Numbered from the stretch's first letter, positions 50,022 to 61,342 are shown. The stretch: 64,000 nucleotides of DNA from Acetomicrobium sp. UBA5826 (GCF_002433005.1 NZ_DJHF01000025.1:45944-109943); one strand, 5' to 3'. Notes: generated by a model not told the origin, from the sequence alone. Made by a program: numbers and translations.

Positions 50022-51818
50022 ATGTTTGACGCAGTGTTCGATGAAAACTGGAAAAGGACCGTTTATTGTGGCAATACAACCGAAGACCATATAAAGAAAA
50101 AAGTTGTTATTAACGGGTGGGTGAGAAAGCGAAGGGATCTGGGTGGCATTATATTCCTTGAGATATGGGATCATACCGGTTTAGTTCAGGTGGTCATTAA
50201 CCCCGAGACGAACGAATCAGTTCACGAAAGGGCAAAACAGCTGAGAAGCGAGTACGTGGTTGCCATCAAGGGTGTAGTTAAAAAAAGGCCTGCTGGAACG
50301 GAAAACCCATCTTTAAAGACAGGTAATGTCGAAATTATAGCCGACGACCTCATGGTGCTATCTCCATCAACTTTGCCGCCCTTCGATTTAAATGAGGCCA
50401 GCGCCATCGATGAGAATATAAGGCTTAAATATAGATATTTAGATTTAAGACGTGAAGTTATGCAGAGGAATTTGCGCCTCAGAAGCAAAGCGGCGAATTA
50501 TACAAGAACGTTTTTGACGGATGCAGGTTTTGTTGAAGTGGAAACTCCGATGTTGACCAAATCGACTCCTGAGGGGGCAAGAGATTATCTGGTTCCGAGC
50601 AGGGTAAACCCTGGAAAATTTTATGCTCTTCCCCAGTCTCCACAAATTTTTAAACAAATATTGATGATCTCCGGGTTAGACAGATATTTTCAGATAGTTA
50701 AGTGTTTCAGAGATGAAGATTTGAGAGCCGATAGGCAACCGGAGTTTACTCAAATCGATATAGAAATGAGCTTTTTGACGGAGGAGGACATCTTTGAGCT
50801 AATAGAGGACTATATGAAGGGATTATTTCGCGAGACTATAGGGGTGGAAATACAAACGCCCTTCCCACGTTTAAGCTATTCAGAAGCAATGGAGCGCTTC
50901 GGTTCGGATAAGCCGGATTTGAGGATTCCCTTTGAGATTGTCGACTTAAAAGCAGTCTTTCAGGGCAGAGGTATTAGGGCTTTCGAAGTTGGAGAAAGAG
51001 GGGCGATTAAAGGTTTTGTGCTTCCTGGCGGAGCTTCGCTGTCCAGACAAGAGATGAGCACTATTGAAGGGATGGCAAAGGAACTGGGAGCCAAAGGATT
51101 GGCTTATTTTCAGCTGGGGAACGAATTGAAAGGTCCCATGGTCAAATTCTTGGACGACGATGGAAAGAGGCTAGTTATAGAAAAATCGCAACTTTCTCAA
51201 GGGAACGCTCTATTTGTAATGGCAGATCAAGATAGGAACAAAGTATGCGAGGTATTGGGACAACTTCGTTTAGAAGTCGCACGGAAGTACGATTTGATCG
51301 AAAAGGGCAAATGGGCCTTTCTGTGGGTGGTCGATTTTCCTTTATTCGAATGGAGCGAAACGGAAAACCGATATGTTTCCGTTCATCACCCCTTTACGTC
51401 TCCTAAAAATGAGGACTTGCACTTGTTGGAAAGCGAACCATGGAAGGTCAGGTCTCGTGCCTACGATATAGTTCTAAACGGTAATGAGGTCGGCGGAGGT
51501 TCTATAAGAATACATGACCCTAATGTGCAGGAGAGCGTTTTTAATGTCCTTGGATTGGACGAGGTTGAGGCAAAAAAACGGTTCGGCTTTTTGCTGTCTG
51601 CGCTTTCTTACGGTACACCGCCACACGGGGGGATTGCATTAGGGTTTGACAGATTGGTAATGCTCTTGGCCGGTGCCAAATCTATACGAGATGTCATTGC
51701 CTTTCCTAAAACTCAGAAAGCTCAGTGTCTGTTGTCCGGTGCCCCATCTTATGTCGACGAGCGTCAACTTGAAGAGCTTCATATTAAGGTAACGGCCACT
51801 GATGAGGAGGAAGGTTAA
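50022..51818 (+). CDS. aspS: aspartate--tRNA ligase
   Basis: [42 protein letters not shown]. Confidence 0.97.
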   Translation: MFDAVFDENWKRTVYCGNTTEDHIKKKVVINGWVRKRRDLGGIIFLEIWDHTGLVQVVINPETNESVHERAKQLRSEYVVAIKGVVKKRPAGTENPSLKTGNVEIIADDLMVLSPSTLPPFDLNEASAIDENIRLKYRYLDLRREVMQRNLRLRSKAANYTRTFLTDAGFVEVETPMLTKSTPEGARDYLVPSRVNPGKFYALPQSPQIFKQILMISGLDRYFQIVKCFRDEDLRADRQPEFTQIDIEMSFLTEEDIFELIEDYMKGLFRETIGVEIQTPFPRLSYSEAMERFGSDKPDLRIPFEIVDLKAVFQGRGIRAFEVGERGAIKGFVLPGGASLSRQEMSTIEGMAKELGAKGLAYFQLGNELKGPMVKFLDDDGKRLVIEKSQLSQGNALFVMADQDRNKVCEVLGQLRLEVARKYDLIEKGKWAFLWVVDFPLFEWSETENRYVSVHHPFTSPKNEDLHLLESEPWKVRSRAYDIVLNGNEVGGGSIRIHDPNVQESVFNVLGLDEVEAKKRFGFLLSALSYGTPPHGGIALGFDRLVMLLAGAKSIRDVIAFPKTQKAQCLLSGAPSYVDERQLEELHIKVTATDEEEG

Positions 51819-52107
51819 AAAAGTGGGTTCTAGGTGCTTAAAGGGTCGAGGAATTATTCTTGGAGGGATATTTGAAAATTGGATTTACGACTTAAATGGA
51901 GATGAAACGTTGAATGGCTTTATCTTTGCCGAGGGTTGGGAAGAAGCAAAACTTATGAATGCTTGGTATGAAAAAAACAAAGACACTTCCGTTTCAGCAA
52001 TGATATCTGATGAAAGTTTCGTTATTCGTCTTATGGGAATTGAATGTGATGAATCGGGTCATTATAGCTCATCGCGAATTAAGGTGGTGGCAGAATGCGA
52101 TTTTTAA
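51802..52107 (+). CDS. hypothetical protein
   Basis: ORF overlapping both aspS and the GT9 gene; no motif recognised. Confidence 0.5.
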   Translation: MRRKVKKVGSRCLKGRGIILGGIFENWIYDLNGDETLNGFIFAEGWEEAKLMNAWYEKNKDTSVSAMISDESFVIRLMGIECDESGHYSSSRIKVVAECDF

Positions 52108-52994
52108 TTATAAAAACCGGCGAGACAGAGCTTCTTAGGGATTCCGCCACAGGAGGCATTTCCGATGGCGAGGTGTTCAGGAGCGGAGTATTGCTTTCTC
52201 GTCTTTTGCCAGACAACGAAGTGTATTGGTATGGTGTCCCCGGAAAGTTACAGACGCTCTTTCCTCCTGTAGAAAATTTGCATTTTATAGATACATTGGA
52301 AGAAGCCCAAAAACCCGATGTCATTTTTTACCTCGAAAGGACTCAAATCCCTTTCCCTGAGGAGTGGGCATCCAAAATAAAGGGATTTTATTTCGACGGA
52401 AACCGTTGGCGAACAAGGCCAAGATTTCCGGAATTGGAGAATTTAATAGATTCAAACGACAACAGTAGGCATTCTCATCCTCACTGGCTTTACAAGTTGT
52501 GTGGCATGCAATGGAGAGGCGAGCCCTATTGGTCTTACATCCGTATACAGGGTGGCAATCTCCGTAAACGTCCCTTAGTTGGGTTAAATCCTCGCGTAGG
52601 ACTAAAGTGGCCACAAAAAGCTTGGCCAATGGAGTGCTGGTGGAGCCTGGCAAAAAAGCTTCAAAGCGCAGGATGCGAAGTCGCGTGGCAGCCGGGAGGA
52701 ACTATGGTCGGTTATGCCGATTGGATTTATAACCTCGACTTGCTTATAAGCGTCGATACGCTAGGTCTTCACATAGCGCTCGGAGGAAGGGTCCCGGTTA
52801 TAGGTCTTTTTGGCCCCACTTCTCCAAAGGAGATACCGAAATGGGGAGTAGGGCTCTGGTTATGGGAACGGGGAGGGAAAATGGCTCATTCCGTCGAAAG
52901 GGTGTTTTTCACAGCGCAGAGATATCTAAAATCCATAAAGAGCGGCTACGTAAAGGGGGTAATCGGGACATCCCTTTTGGATGACATGTCGTAG
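52095..52994 (+). CDS. glycosyltransferase family 9 (heptosyltransferase-like)
   Basis: GLNP..KWPQKAWP, SVDTLGLHIA, GLFGPT. Confidence 0.75.
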   Translation: MRFLIIKTGETELLRDSATGGISDGEVFRSGVLLSRLLPDNEVYWYGVPGKLQTLFPPVENLHFIDTLEEAQKPDVIFYLERTQIPFPEEWASKIKGFYFDGNRWRTRPRFPELENLIDSNDNSRHSHPHWLYKLCGMQWRGEPYWSYIRIQGGNLRKRPLVGLNPRVGLKWPQKAWPMECWWSLAKKLQSAGCEVAWQPGGTMVGYADWIYNLDLLISVDTLGLHIALGGRVPVIGLFGPTSPKEIPKWGVGLWLWERGGKMAHSVERVFFTAQRYLKSIKSGYVKGVIGTSLLDDMS

Positions 52995-53142
52995 CGAGTT
53001 CGAAGCGAGCAGCATTGCTCGGGCAAAATCCCCTGTGGATTTACCCTATAAACAGAAATGTAAGGGTTACGGTATAATGTAAACGTATAATCTCGATACT
53101 TGCTGGGTTTCAAGAATTTTTTCGATGAGGAGGCGATGATAG

Positions 53143-53826
53143 ATGGCTAAAGTGACATACCTTGGGCATGCGGCCTTTTATATCGAGGGTAAAGGCTTAA
53201 AGGCGTTAGTAGACCCTTTTTTGTCGGGTAATCCCAACAGCGCTTGGAAGCCAAGCGATATAAAGGAGCTGAATTTCATATTCATAACACATGGTCACGA
53301 TGACCACTTGGGGGATACGGTTCAAATAGCCAAAGAAACTCAAGCTACTGTTGTGACTAATGCGGAGATATCCGGTTTCTTGTCCTCCAAGGGAGTTAAA
53401 TGTCATGCTATGCACATAGGAGGAAGATACACCTTTCCCTTCGGGCGGGTTAAGCTAACTCCGGCATGGCATGGATCCGGGATCACCGATGGGGACAAAA
53501 TGTTGTATGGAGGCACTCCCTGTGGATTTGTCATCGAAGTGGACGGCAAAAAGGTATACCATGCCGGCGATACAGGTCTTACTATGGAGATGAAACTTCT
53601 CGAAGCCGAAAACATAGACCTTGCTATCTTGCCTATAGGAGGAAATTACGTTATGGATATCGATGACGCCCTTAGGGCAGTCGAGTTCATTAAACCAAGA
53701 AAGGTAATCCCGATGCACTACGATACTTTTCCGGTGATAAAGGCAGATCCGCAGGAATTTAAGGCGAAAGTAGGATCTTTGGCCGAAATTATAATCTTAG
53801 AGCCGGGCCAAAGCTACGAAATTTAG
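53143..53826 (+). CDS. UPF0173 metal-dependent hydrolase (metallo-beta-lactamase fold)
   Basis: YLGHA, THGHDDH, YHAGDT, PMHYDTF. Confidence 0.9.
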   Translation: MAKVTYLGHAAFYIEGKGLKALVDPFLSGNPNSAWKPSDIKELNFIFITHGHDDHLGDTVQIAKETQATVVTNAEISGFLSSKGVKCHAMHIGGRYTFPFGRVKLTPAWHGSGITDGDKMLYGGTPCGFVIEVDGKKVYHAGDTGLTMEMKLLEAENIDLAILPIGGNYVMDIDDALRAVEFIKPRKVIPMHYDTFPVIKADPQEFKAKVGSLAEIIILEPGQSYEI

Positions 53827-53882
53827 CTGTTCGTAAATGCAAAAAATACGCAAGCTTATCCGTTTATTCTTTTAAGGTAAAC

Positions 53883-53934
53883 TAAGGTAAACTCCTCTCC
53901 ATGGTTATATAACGATCGAGAGGAGTTTACCTTA
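53883..53934. terminator. 17-bp perfect inverted repeat between convergent genes
   Basis: TAAGGTAAACTCCTCTC / GAGAGGAGTTTACCTTA; a 10-bp tandem copy TAAGGTAAAC precedes it. Confidence 0.7.
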
Positions 53935-53954
53935 ATTGACTTGGCCGTATATGA

Positions 53955-55283
53955 TCAACTCAATGATGCAAGAGATATCTTGGACATCTTTGCTTCAAAA
54001 TTAAGGGCCTTTTTAAAGCTGAGGTTAAGCGTTAAAATCGGCGCAAAATAGAGTAAATATCTCTGAAGTTCATACTTCATGCCAAAAACTCTCTTTAAAA
54101 TCGAGCCGTAAGAATAAAATTGTCTCCATGCCCATCCATTGCCCTTTTCAAGTTCCTCTGGCGTCATCTGAGCGGGCTTGAAAACAGCATTTCCAAAGTC
54201 ATACTTGGACCAGTCCTTCACAATGATGCGGTTTTCGAGAGACAGCTTCTCGTATAATTTGGTTCCAGGCAAGGGCGTCAGGACGCTGAACTGAGCTAAG
54301 TCCAACTTGGAATCAAGTGCGAAATCCAGTGTCCTTTTAAAGACGTCTCTGTCGTCGCTGTCGAAGCCAAAGATAAAGGCTCCCATAACCATTATTCCGT
54401 GATCATGTAATATCTTTATCCCTTCCTTAAATTTTTTAATTTTGTTCTGAGGCTTTCCTATCTCATTCATGCTTGCTTCCGAAATGCTCTCAAGGCCGAT
54501 GAAAAGCCCCGAGCAACCACTTTTTTGTGCGAGCTCCAATAATTCCTTATCCTCGACGATGTTGAAGGAACTTTGTCCAACCCACTTTTTGCCGTAGGGA
54601 ATGAGGGCCTTGAATAGTTCCTTGCTATGTTTGGGATTGCCGATGATGTTATCGTCCATGAATGCGATCAATTTTCCCTTCATGTGGCTTATCTCCCGAA
54701 TAACATCTCTTATGGGTCTGTGGCGGTAGGTATTGCCAAAGAAGTTTGAAACAGAGCAAAAGGAACATCCAAAGGGACAGCCTCTGCTGATCTGGATTGT
54801 GTTTTCGAGGTAGTAAGCCCCTTTTTTGTACAGATCCCTTCGTGGTTCAGGTAAATTTTCCATGCTTGGGAATCGTTCGTTAGAATAAAATTGCTTTAAG
54901 TCACCCTTTTCAAAATCATCGATGAGCCTCTGCCAAGCACCCTCGGCCTCTCCAATGACTACCGCATCGCAGTGCTGTATCGCTTCCTTAGGAAGCGCGG
55001 AAGGATGTGGGCCTCCTAATACGACTTTAGCTCCTCTGGCTCTGAATTCGTCGGCGATATTGTATGCCCTTGGGGCCACGGAGGTCATAACTGTTATGCC
55101 GACTAGATCGGGGGGGTTATCATAGTTTATGGGTTCGACATGTTCATCGATTAATGTGACCTCTATGCCTGGTTTAATTAAGGCAGCGATGGTGCTTAAG
55201 GTTAAGGGAGGGAGTTTTAACGCGCTTTTTAACCGCTTGGCGTAGTAATCGTCCTTACCTGGAGATATCAAAGCTACTTTCAT
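53955..55283 (-). CDS. B12-binding radical SAM protein
   Basis: VVLGGPHPS, IGEAE, RGCPFGCSFC (CxxxCxxC), TPLPGT. Confidence 0.9.
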   Translation of the reverse strand: MKVALISPGKDDYYAKRLKSALKLPPLTLSTIAALIKPGIEVTLIDEHVEPINYDNPPDLVGITVMTSVAPRAYNIADEFRARGAKVVLGGPHPSALPKEAIQHCDAVVIGEAEGAWQRLIDDFEKGDLKQFYSNERFPSMENLPEPRRDLYKKGAYYLENTIQISRGCPFGCSFCSVSNFFGNTYRHRPIRDVIREISHMKGKLIAFMDDNIIGNPKHSKELFKALIPYGKKWVGQSSFNIVEDKELLELAQKSGCSGLFIGLESISEASMNEIGKPQNKIKKFKEGIKILHDHGIMVMGAFIFGFDSDDRDVFKRTLDFALDSKLDLAQFSVLTPLPGTKLYEKLSLENRIIVKDWSKYDFGNAVFKPAQMTPEELEKGNGWAWRQFYSYGSILKRVFGMKYELQRYLLYFAPILTLNLSFKKALNFEAKMSKISLASLS

Positions 55284-55491
55284 ATTAGAATACCACCTTT
55301 TCATCAAAAAATTCACATAAAACGTGGAGACTCATAAAGAGAGTCCTCTAAGCCTCTAAGAATGTTTGCAATCTACCTTAAAAAATCTTACTGCTGTTTG
55401 GCTAACCGAAATAGCCATATATATTTGCCTTTCTGGTAAAACTACCAAAGGTTTTAGTCCTTTGAAGTGTTGCTATTATGTATTTTATATT

Positions 55492-56026
55492 GAGTTCGCT
55501 GAAAAACTCCCTTCTTTATTTTTTACTTTATGTTATCACGATTCTCGAGAAAGTAATATAGTATTTAGTTCTATTTTAGATTTCCCATCTTTCCTTGCTC
55601 TATAGTATCATAGCACTCAAGAAGCCATAAGTGAATTAGGAGGTCATATCCTATGTTGGGACGTAGATCGAAACAAGCGACATTTTTTAGTGAGGTCGTA
55701 AAGGAACGACTTCCAAAAATCACTTCTTATTAAAAATTAATAATCTCATAGATTGGTCTCCTAGAACATAAAAAGGGCTTTTAACCTCATTCAAACGCAC
55801 AAAGGTGCCCTTTCTTCATGCGGTGTGGTACGACTTTAAAGGGATTACTATGCCTTTTTCAGGGTTCATAGAGCGAAAACCATAAGAAAAATGGCATTTG
55901 AAGAGCATAAAGAGCGAGAAAATGACCAAAAGCTGACCTCAGATCAAAGCACTTTAATATCTTAAAGTCATTAAGCCTGAGGTGGATATAGAACAACCAA
56001 TGTCAAGCGGGTTTTTCAGCAGACTC
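55492..56026 (+). mobile_element. internally deleted IS (IS5/IS1182-like) remnant with terminal inverted repeats
   Basis: Left end GAGTTCGCTGAAAAACTCCC versus right end (rc) GAGTCTGCTGAAAAACCCGC, 16/20; frameshifted transposase start MLGRRSKQATFFSEVVKERLPK/HFLLKINNLIDWSP from 55653 after SD AGGAGG. Confidence 0.75.
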
Positions 56027-56098
56027 AGATAATAACACATATATTTTATAATTTTGTGCTTTTGATTGCCCTCAAATTTCTGATCGCTTATAAGTATT

Positions 56099-56965
56099 TC
56101 AATATCTTAAGCCAAAGACAGGGTGGAAAATCCTTTCATCGTGTAAAAACTGCACTTGGTCCTCGAGTGCATGTTTAGCAGCTTCCCCAAGCTCTACAGA
56201 GAGTATGGAGGTTAAGATGTGTGCCAAAAACAATGGCCCGATAATACTGCTTCCAAAGGTAGGACTGAGGGCGCTGGCGTAAAATTGGAGAGTGGCCACT
56301 GAACAAACGGGAGCGGCTGCAGTGTCGGTTATGGTAACGATTGTTGCCTTTTGTGCTGCGCATTTTGTTATGGCCTCCGTAACTTCCACGACATAGCTGG
56401 GTAATTCGCAAACGATGACCATGTCCCCTTCTTTGATGCCCCGCACTTGCTCTAAAATCGCCAAAGAACCGCGTTTGATGAGATGCCCGGCAAGACCCAT
56501 TACCCTGAAGCGCATATAGAAAGTTTCAGCTACCAGCGAGGAAATGCCCCAACCCATGCAATAGATGTTTTTTGCTTTTTTAACCAGTTCCACGAATTCG
56601 TTGATATTTTCTCTATCCAACATGCGCCATGTATTATCGATGTTTGCGTGCTCCGTGTCCAAGATATTGGGAAGGAGGCCCTCTCCCCGTTCTTTTGCCC
56701 TAGCCAACATGGTCACAGGATCTATTTGTTCCAATATGGCCATTTGGAGGGCTGTCTTTAAATCGGCATATCCCTGGAAACCCAAAATTCTTGCCACACG
56801 GACCAGTTGAGCTTTAGAGACGTTTAATTTTTCCGCCACCTCGCCTATTGAATAAAAAGCCACCTCTCTCATGTTAGACAGCAGATATTCTGCTACCTTT
56901 CTGGCTTTTTTAGGCAACGTCGGTATTTTATCTCTCAAAAGAGATTCTAGCTCTTCTCGGTTCAT
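56099..56965 (-). CDS. RpiR/MurR-family transcriptional regulator
   Basis: KVAEYLL..SIGEVAEKLNVSKAQLVRVARILGFQGYADLK plus SIS domain. Confidence 0.9.
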   Translation of the reverse strand: MNREELESLLRDKIPTLPKKARKVAEYLLSNMREVAFYSIGEVAEKLNVSKAQLVRVARILGFQGYADLKTALQMAILEQIDPVTMLARAKERGEGLLPNILDTEHANIDNTWRMLDRENINEFVELVKKAKNIYCMGWGISSLVAETFYMRFRVMGLAGHLIKRGSLAILEQVRGIKEGDMVIVCELPSYVVEVTEAITKCAAQKATIVTITDTAAAPVCSVATLQFYASALSPTFGSSIIGPLFLAHILTSILSVELGEAAKHALEDQVQFLHDERIFHPVFGLRY

Positions 56966-57069
56966 GCTCCACACCGTCCTTAGAAGAATCACATAAGATA
57001 TTTTTGTTCAAAATTAACGAAAAAAGTTTACAGGTTAACTGTATAGATGTCAATCCTTCGAAGGGTTAC

Positions 57070-57290
57070 TTTAACGTACCAGTGCTGTCGTAGGAAAACC
57101 TGATAGGTTCTTGCCCACTCCGGCAGAGCAATTTCCAATACCTATCCCGACTTTTGTTTTATTTTTATATCCCTGTCCCACTTTGATTTTCACGTTTTTT
57201 GGAAAGCTAACCTAACAATCCCTTATCTTTCAACCTAGTAAGGGCGTAAATTAAACTACTGTAACATACAGAGCAGTGGGAAGAGCTTCT
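57070..57290 (-). pseudogene. C-terminal remnant of a DUF362-type Fe-S protein
   Basis: CSVCYSSLIYALTRLKDKGLLG*LSKNVKIKVGQGYK/..GIGIGNC..KNLSGFP with a stop and a frameshift; similarity recognised by eye. Confidence 0.5.
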
Positions 57291-57524
57291 GCATGTGGTA
57301 ACGATTTCACCAAATGCCTGCTCGTCAGCCAAAAGCCCGATTGTGCCATTGACGGTTGATGTTACAAAACCTATCAAAGCCGCTGCTCGATTGTTAGGAG
57401 CCTTAGTCTCGGGAGAAATCTCAGACTTGTCTAGGACGGCACTTATACCGAGGTTTTTGCAGACGCCTATCAATGCGCCGGCAAAACTGTTAACTATCTT
57501 CGTTATTGTCGCTGTATCTGCCAT
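57291..57524 (-). pseudogene. truncated CheX-like chemotaxis phosphatase
   Basis: SD GGAGG; VNSF...AALIGFV..VNGTIGL matches the CheX N-half; breaks before the ExxN catalytic helix. Confidence 0.55.
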
Positions 57525-57827
57525 ATCCTTACCTCCGAAATAGATATGATAAGATAAAAAAGCGTAAGTGTTAAATCCATTAGATAATACCACTATTTTC
57601 AAGCCCCATGTTGAGCTTCAAGACAAATTGTCTCTTAACTTCAAGCAATGATGGAAAAAGAGTTACGCAGTTGTTTTCTTCGCTTAAGGTGTCTTTATGC
57701 GCTCGTCATGATAGAATTTTGTTCGAGACTAGAGGGTTATTTCGAGGGGGTGCCTTCGGCAATATTTACGATGCCAGGTTAGGCTTCGAAGTATATATAT
57801 TTTTTGTCCATATAAGCAGATCTGGGG

Positions 57828-59225
57828 GTGAATGTTTTGTTAAAGAAAATTTCTAAATTGTTGATGGTTATGATGATAGGGGCAATTGTCACGGGCATGT
57901 CCGTGGAGGCGATCGCGAAGCCTGTAGATCCCATTGCGGGAAACCCCATAGCAAAGATAGCAGAGGAGGCATCTCCGGCTGTGGTCAATATAGATACGGA
58001 GACCATGGTAAAAAGGCCTCTTTTCCCCTTTGCCGATGATCCCTTCTTTAGGCAGTTTTTTGGCGACCAATGGGATCAATTCACTCAGATTATTCCCATG
58101 AAGGGGAAGGGATCGGGCTTCATAGTTTCCAAGGACGGATATATATTGACCAATAACCATGTGATCGAAGGTGCTGACAAAATAACGGTATCCTTGGCCG
58201 ACGGCAGACAGCTTGATGCTAAGATCGTGGGAAAAGACCCAACCTTCGATTTGGCCGTTATAAAAGTGACGGCAGGCAATTTACCCGTCCTTCCATTGGG
58301 CGATTCGGATGCCGTTCAAGTAGGTGAATGGGTAGTAACCATAGGAAATCCCTTTGGTTTGGATCATACCGTCACTGTTGGAGTCATATCCGCTAAAAAC
58401 CGCTCTATTAGAGCAGGTAATGTGAGTTTTGACGGGTTCTTGCAAACCGATGCGGCAATCAACCCGGGAAACAGCGGCGGTCCTCTTTTGGATTTGGACG
58501 GCAAGGTCGTTGGTATAAACACAGCTATCATACCCTATGCTCAAGGTATAGGATTTGCCATACCGGTAAACATGGCGAAAAGCGTAATTGACGATCTTGT
58601 AAGCTACGGCAGAGTTCGCAGAGGATGGCTTGGCGTTTACGTTCAGCCGCTTACGAGCGATATAGCTCAGGCATACGGGCTGAAGGTCGAAAAGGGAGCT
58701 GTAGTTGCAGATGTCGTTCCTGATTCTCCTGCCGACAAGGCCGGCATTGAGAGGGGTTTTGTGATTACTAAAATAGATGAAGTTGAAATTAATGACGCTC
58801 AAGATCTGGTATTTCAGATACGCAAGCGTATGGCTGGAGACAAGATTAAGATCGAGATGGCAACTTCAAGCGGAAAAAGAAGCATCACGGTGACTCTCGA
58901 GGAAATACCCGGTCAGACTGAGGAGCCTCGTCTTGAAGTTTCTGATTTGGAGGAAAGCTTGGGTATCGAAGTATCTCCAGTAACTCCGGCTTTAAAGCAG
59001 AAATACAATATAGATAGCGAAAATGGTGTCGTCGTTGTAGGGGTAAAGCCTGGATCGATAAGCGACAGAGTGGGCATTAGAGAGGGAGATTTAATCTTGG
59101 AGGCAAATGGGGTAGCTCTAAAAACTGTGGATGACCTTAAGAAGGCATTACAAAGAAACCCTGATTCTGCTGTTCTTCTGGTAATGCGCGAAGGACGTAC
59201 GTTCTTTGTCTCCTTGCGGAAGTAA
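57828..59225 (+). CDS. degP: DegP/HtrA serine protease with two PDZ domains
   Basis: GSGFIV, TNNHV, DLAV, TDAAINPGNSGGPL, RGWLGV. Confidence 0.93.
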   Translation: MNVLLKKISKLLMVMMIGAIVTGMSVEAIAKPVDPIAGNPIAKIAEEASPAVVNIDTETMVKRPLFPFADDPFFRQFFGDQWDQFTQIIPMKGKGSGFIVSKDGYILTNNHVIEGADKITVSLADGRQLDAKIVGKDPTFDLAVIKVTAGNLPVLPLGDSDAVQVGEWVVTIGNPFGLDHTVTVGVISAKNRSIRAGNVSFDGFLQTDAAINPGNSGGPLLDLDGKVVGINTAIIPYAQGIGFAIPVNMAKSVIDDLVSYGRVRRGWLGVYVQPLTSDIAQAYGLKVEKGAVVADVVPDSPADKAGIERGFVITKIDEVEINDAQDLVFQIRKRMAGDKIKIEMATSSGKRSITVTLEEIPGQTEEPRLEVSDLEESLGIEVSPVTPALKQKYNIDSENGVVVVGVKPGSISDRVGIREGDLILEANGVALKTVDDLKKALQRNPDSAVLLVMREGRTFFVSLRK

Positions 59226-59255
59226 ATTTTTCATATCAGTCGGAGGTGTATTTCA

Positions 59256-60800
59256 TTGAAGGCGGAAGACGTCATTGTTATCTTAGACTGCGGTTCTCAA
59301 TATACTCAACTTATTGCAAGACGCATCAGAGAGCAACATGTATTTAGCGAGATTCTGCCCTGGGATGCTCCTATGGAGGAAATACGATCAAGAAATCCCA
59401 AGGGGATAGTCATCTCCGGAAGTCCTAAAAGCGTTTTGTCGCAGGGGGCACCCACAATATCTGAGGAGCTTTTTGATTTAGGGGTTCCCATTTTGGGCAT
59501 TTGTTATGGGATGCAACTTTTATCTCATCTTTTGGGGGGCAAGGTGGCAAAGGTCGAATTGGCCGAATATGGTCGCGCAAAAATAGAGGTGCTGGACATC
59601 AATGCTGCTATTTTTAGAGGTCTTCCGAAGGAGTTTTACGTGTGGATGAGCCATGGAGATACGGTAGTAGAACTACCGCCTGGTGCCCGCGTTTTGGCAA
59701 AAAGCGAAAGCGGTCTCATAGCCGCTATGGCGTTTACGGAGAAACCCATCTTTGGATTGCAGTTTCATCCGGAAGTAGCTCATACTGAACATGGAATTGA
59801 AATTTTACGCAACTTTCTTTTCGAAGTATGTCATTGTGACCAGACGTGGAATTTAGGTGATTGGGTGGAAGAACAAGTCAAGCAGATATCGCAAACAGTA
59901 GGCGACGGTAAAGTCATATCTGCTTTGTCTGGGGGTGTGGATTCCACGGTAGCTGCTGTCCTTACTCAAAGGGCTGTGGGAAACAGGCTCTATTGTGTCT
60001 TTGTAAATACCGGTTTACTGAGGCTCAATGAAGCTGAAAACGTTCTTTCTGTCTATCGCAATGAATTAAAACTGAACGTTCGTTACGTAGATGCTTCGGA
60101 AGAATTTCTTAAAGCCTTAAAAGGGGTTACCGATCCGGAAGAGAAGCGCAAAGCTGTAGGCAGAACCTTTATCGAGGTTTTTGAGCGAGAAGCAGAAAAG
60201 GTTGGAGATGCCAAATGGCTCCTTCAGGGCACCCTTTATCCCGATGTAATTGAAAGCGGAAGACAGGGTAAGGGAGCTTCGGTGATCAAGACTCATCATA
60301 ACGTAGGCGGATTGCCCGAGGAAATGAAATTAAAGCTAATTGAGCCGTTAAAAGACCTTTTCAAAGATGAAGTTAGGGCTATAGGATCCATTCTTGGCAT
60401 TCCTCGCTCTATACTAAGAAGACATCCCTTTCCCGGGCCGGGATTGTCCGTTAGATGTCTTGGAGAGGTGACACCTGAAAAACTTGAGCTGTTGAGACGA
60501 GCCGATGCCGTATTCATTGAGGAGCTTGACGCCGCAGGCTATTACGAAAAGGTTTGGCAAGCTTTTTGCGTTTTATTACCCATTAGGAGCGTGGGCGTAA
60601 CTGGGGATGAACGTACTTATGGTTATACTGTTGCGCTCAGGGCGGTTGAGTCGTTGGACGGCATGACGGCCGATTGGGCTTATTTAGATCGGGAGTTGCT
60701 AGATAAAGTTGCCCGCCGTATATGTAACGAAATCCCCGGGATTAATAGAGTGGTGTTAGATGTTACAAGCAAGCCGCCGGCAACTATAGAGTGGGAGTGA
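59256..60800 (+). CDS. guaA: GMP synthase (glutamine-hydrolysing)
   Basis: GSQYTQLIARR, GICYGMQ, QFHPEV, SGGVDS, KPPATIEWE. Confidence 0.97.
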   Translation: MKAEDVIVILDCGSQYTQLIARRIREQHVFSEILPWDAPMEEIRSRNPKGIVISGSPKSVLSQGAPTISEELFDLGVPILGICYGMQLLSHLLGGKVAKVELAEYGRAKIEVLDINAAIFRGLPKEFYVWMSHGDTVVELPPGARVLAKSESGLIAAMAFTEKPIFGLQFHPEVAHTEHGIEILRNFLFEVCHCDQTWNLGDWVEEQVKQISQTVGDGKVISALSGGVDSTVAAVLTQRAVGNRLYCVFVNTGLLRLNEAENVLSVYRNELKLNVRYVDASEEFLKALKGVTDPEEKRKAVGRTFIEVFEREAEKVGDAKWLLQGTLYPDVIESGRQGKGASVIKTHHNVGGLPEEMKLKLIEPLKDLFKDEVRAIGSILGIPRSILRRHPFPGPGLSVRCLGEVTPEKLELLRRADAVFIEELDAAGYYEKVWQAFCVLLPIRSVGVTGDERTYGYTVALRAVESLDGMTADWAYLDRELLDKVARRICNEIPGINRVVLDVTSKPPATIEWE

Positions 60801-60825
60801 CGAATTCGTAGAGGAGTGTGACAGA

Positions 60826-61260
60826 ATGCGAAATAGAATTAGAGTGCTTTTCGTCTGTGGCAAAAATACAGCCCGAAGCCAAATGGGCGAAGCTTTGCTT
60901 AACGCCATTGCAGGCGACCGTTTTGAAGCGGAAAGTGCAGGATTGGAGGCAGGGGATAGTTTAAACCCTTTTGTTGTCGAGGTGCTGCAAGAGATTGGGA
61001 TCGATATTTCAGCTAAGAAGACGAAGAAAATCATGGATCTATACGAATCGGGAAAAACTTACGATTATGTTATTGCCGTCTGCGATGCGGCTCAGGCTGA
61101 GCTTTGTCCTGTTTTTCCGGGGGCAAAAAAACAACTTCACTGGCACTTTCCCGACCCGGCTTCCTTTGAAGGAACAAGGAAAGAAAAGCTTCAAAGAACC
61201 AGAGAAATAAGAGAAGAGATGAAGGCCAAGATCGAAGAATGGATAAGAGAAATTACGTAA
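60826..61260 (+). CDS. arsC: thioredoxin-type arsenate reductase / LMW-PTP family protein
   Basis: FVCGKNTARSQMGE P-loop; VCDAAQAELCPVFPG resolving Cys pair; HWHFPDP. Confidence 0.8.
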   Translation: MRNRIRVLFVCGKNTARSQMGEALLNAIAGDRFEAESAGLEAGDSLNPFVVEVLQEIGIDISAKKTKKIMDLYESGKTYDYVIAVCDAAQAELCPVFPGAKKQLHWHFPDPASFEGTRKEKLQRTREIREEMKAKIEEWIREIT

Positions 61261-61296
61261 GACGCCATTGCCAAGATGTAAATTGGTGCAGTAAAT

Positions 61297-61331
61297 AAAA
61301 ACAAAGAGGGGAGTCTCCCCTCTTTGTTTTT
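61297..61331. terminator. bidirectional terminator
   Basis: AAAAACAAAGAGGGGA-GTC-TCCCCTCTTTGTTTTT. Confidence 0.85.
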
Positions 61332-61342
61332 CTCGTTAAGAA

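Noticed and set aside
55366-55605. 79-aa ORF in the track
   Set aside because: Low-complexity, spans the IS left end and has no SD; likely spurious.
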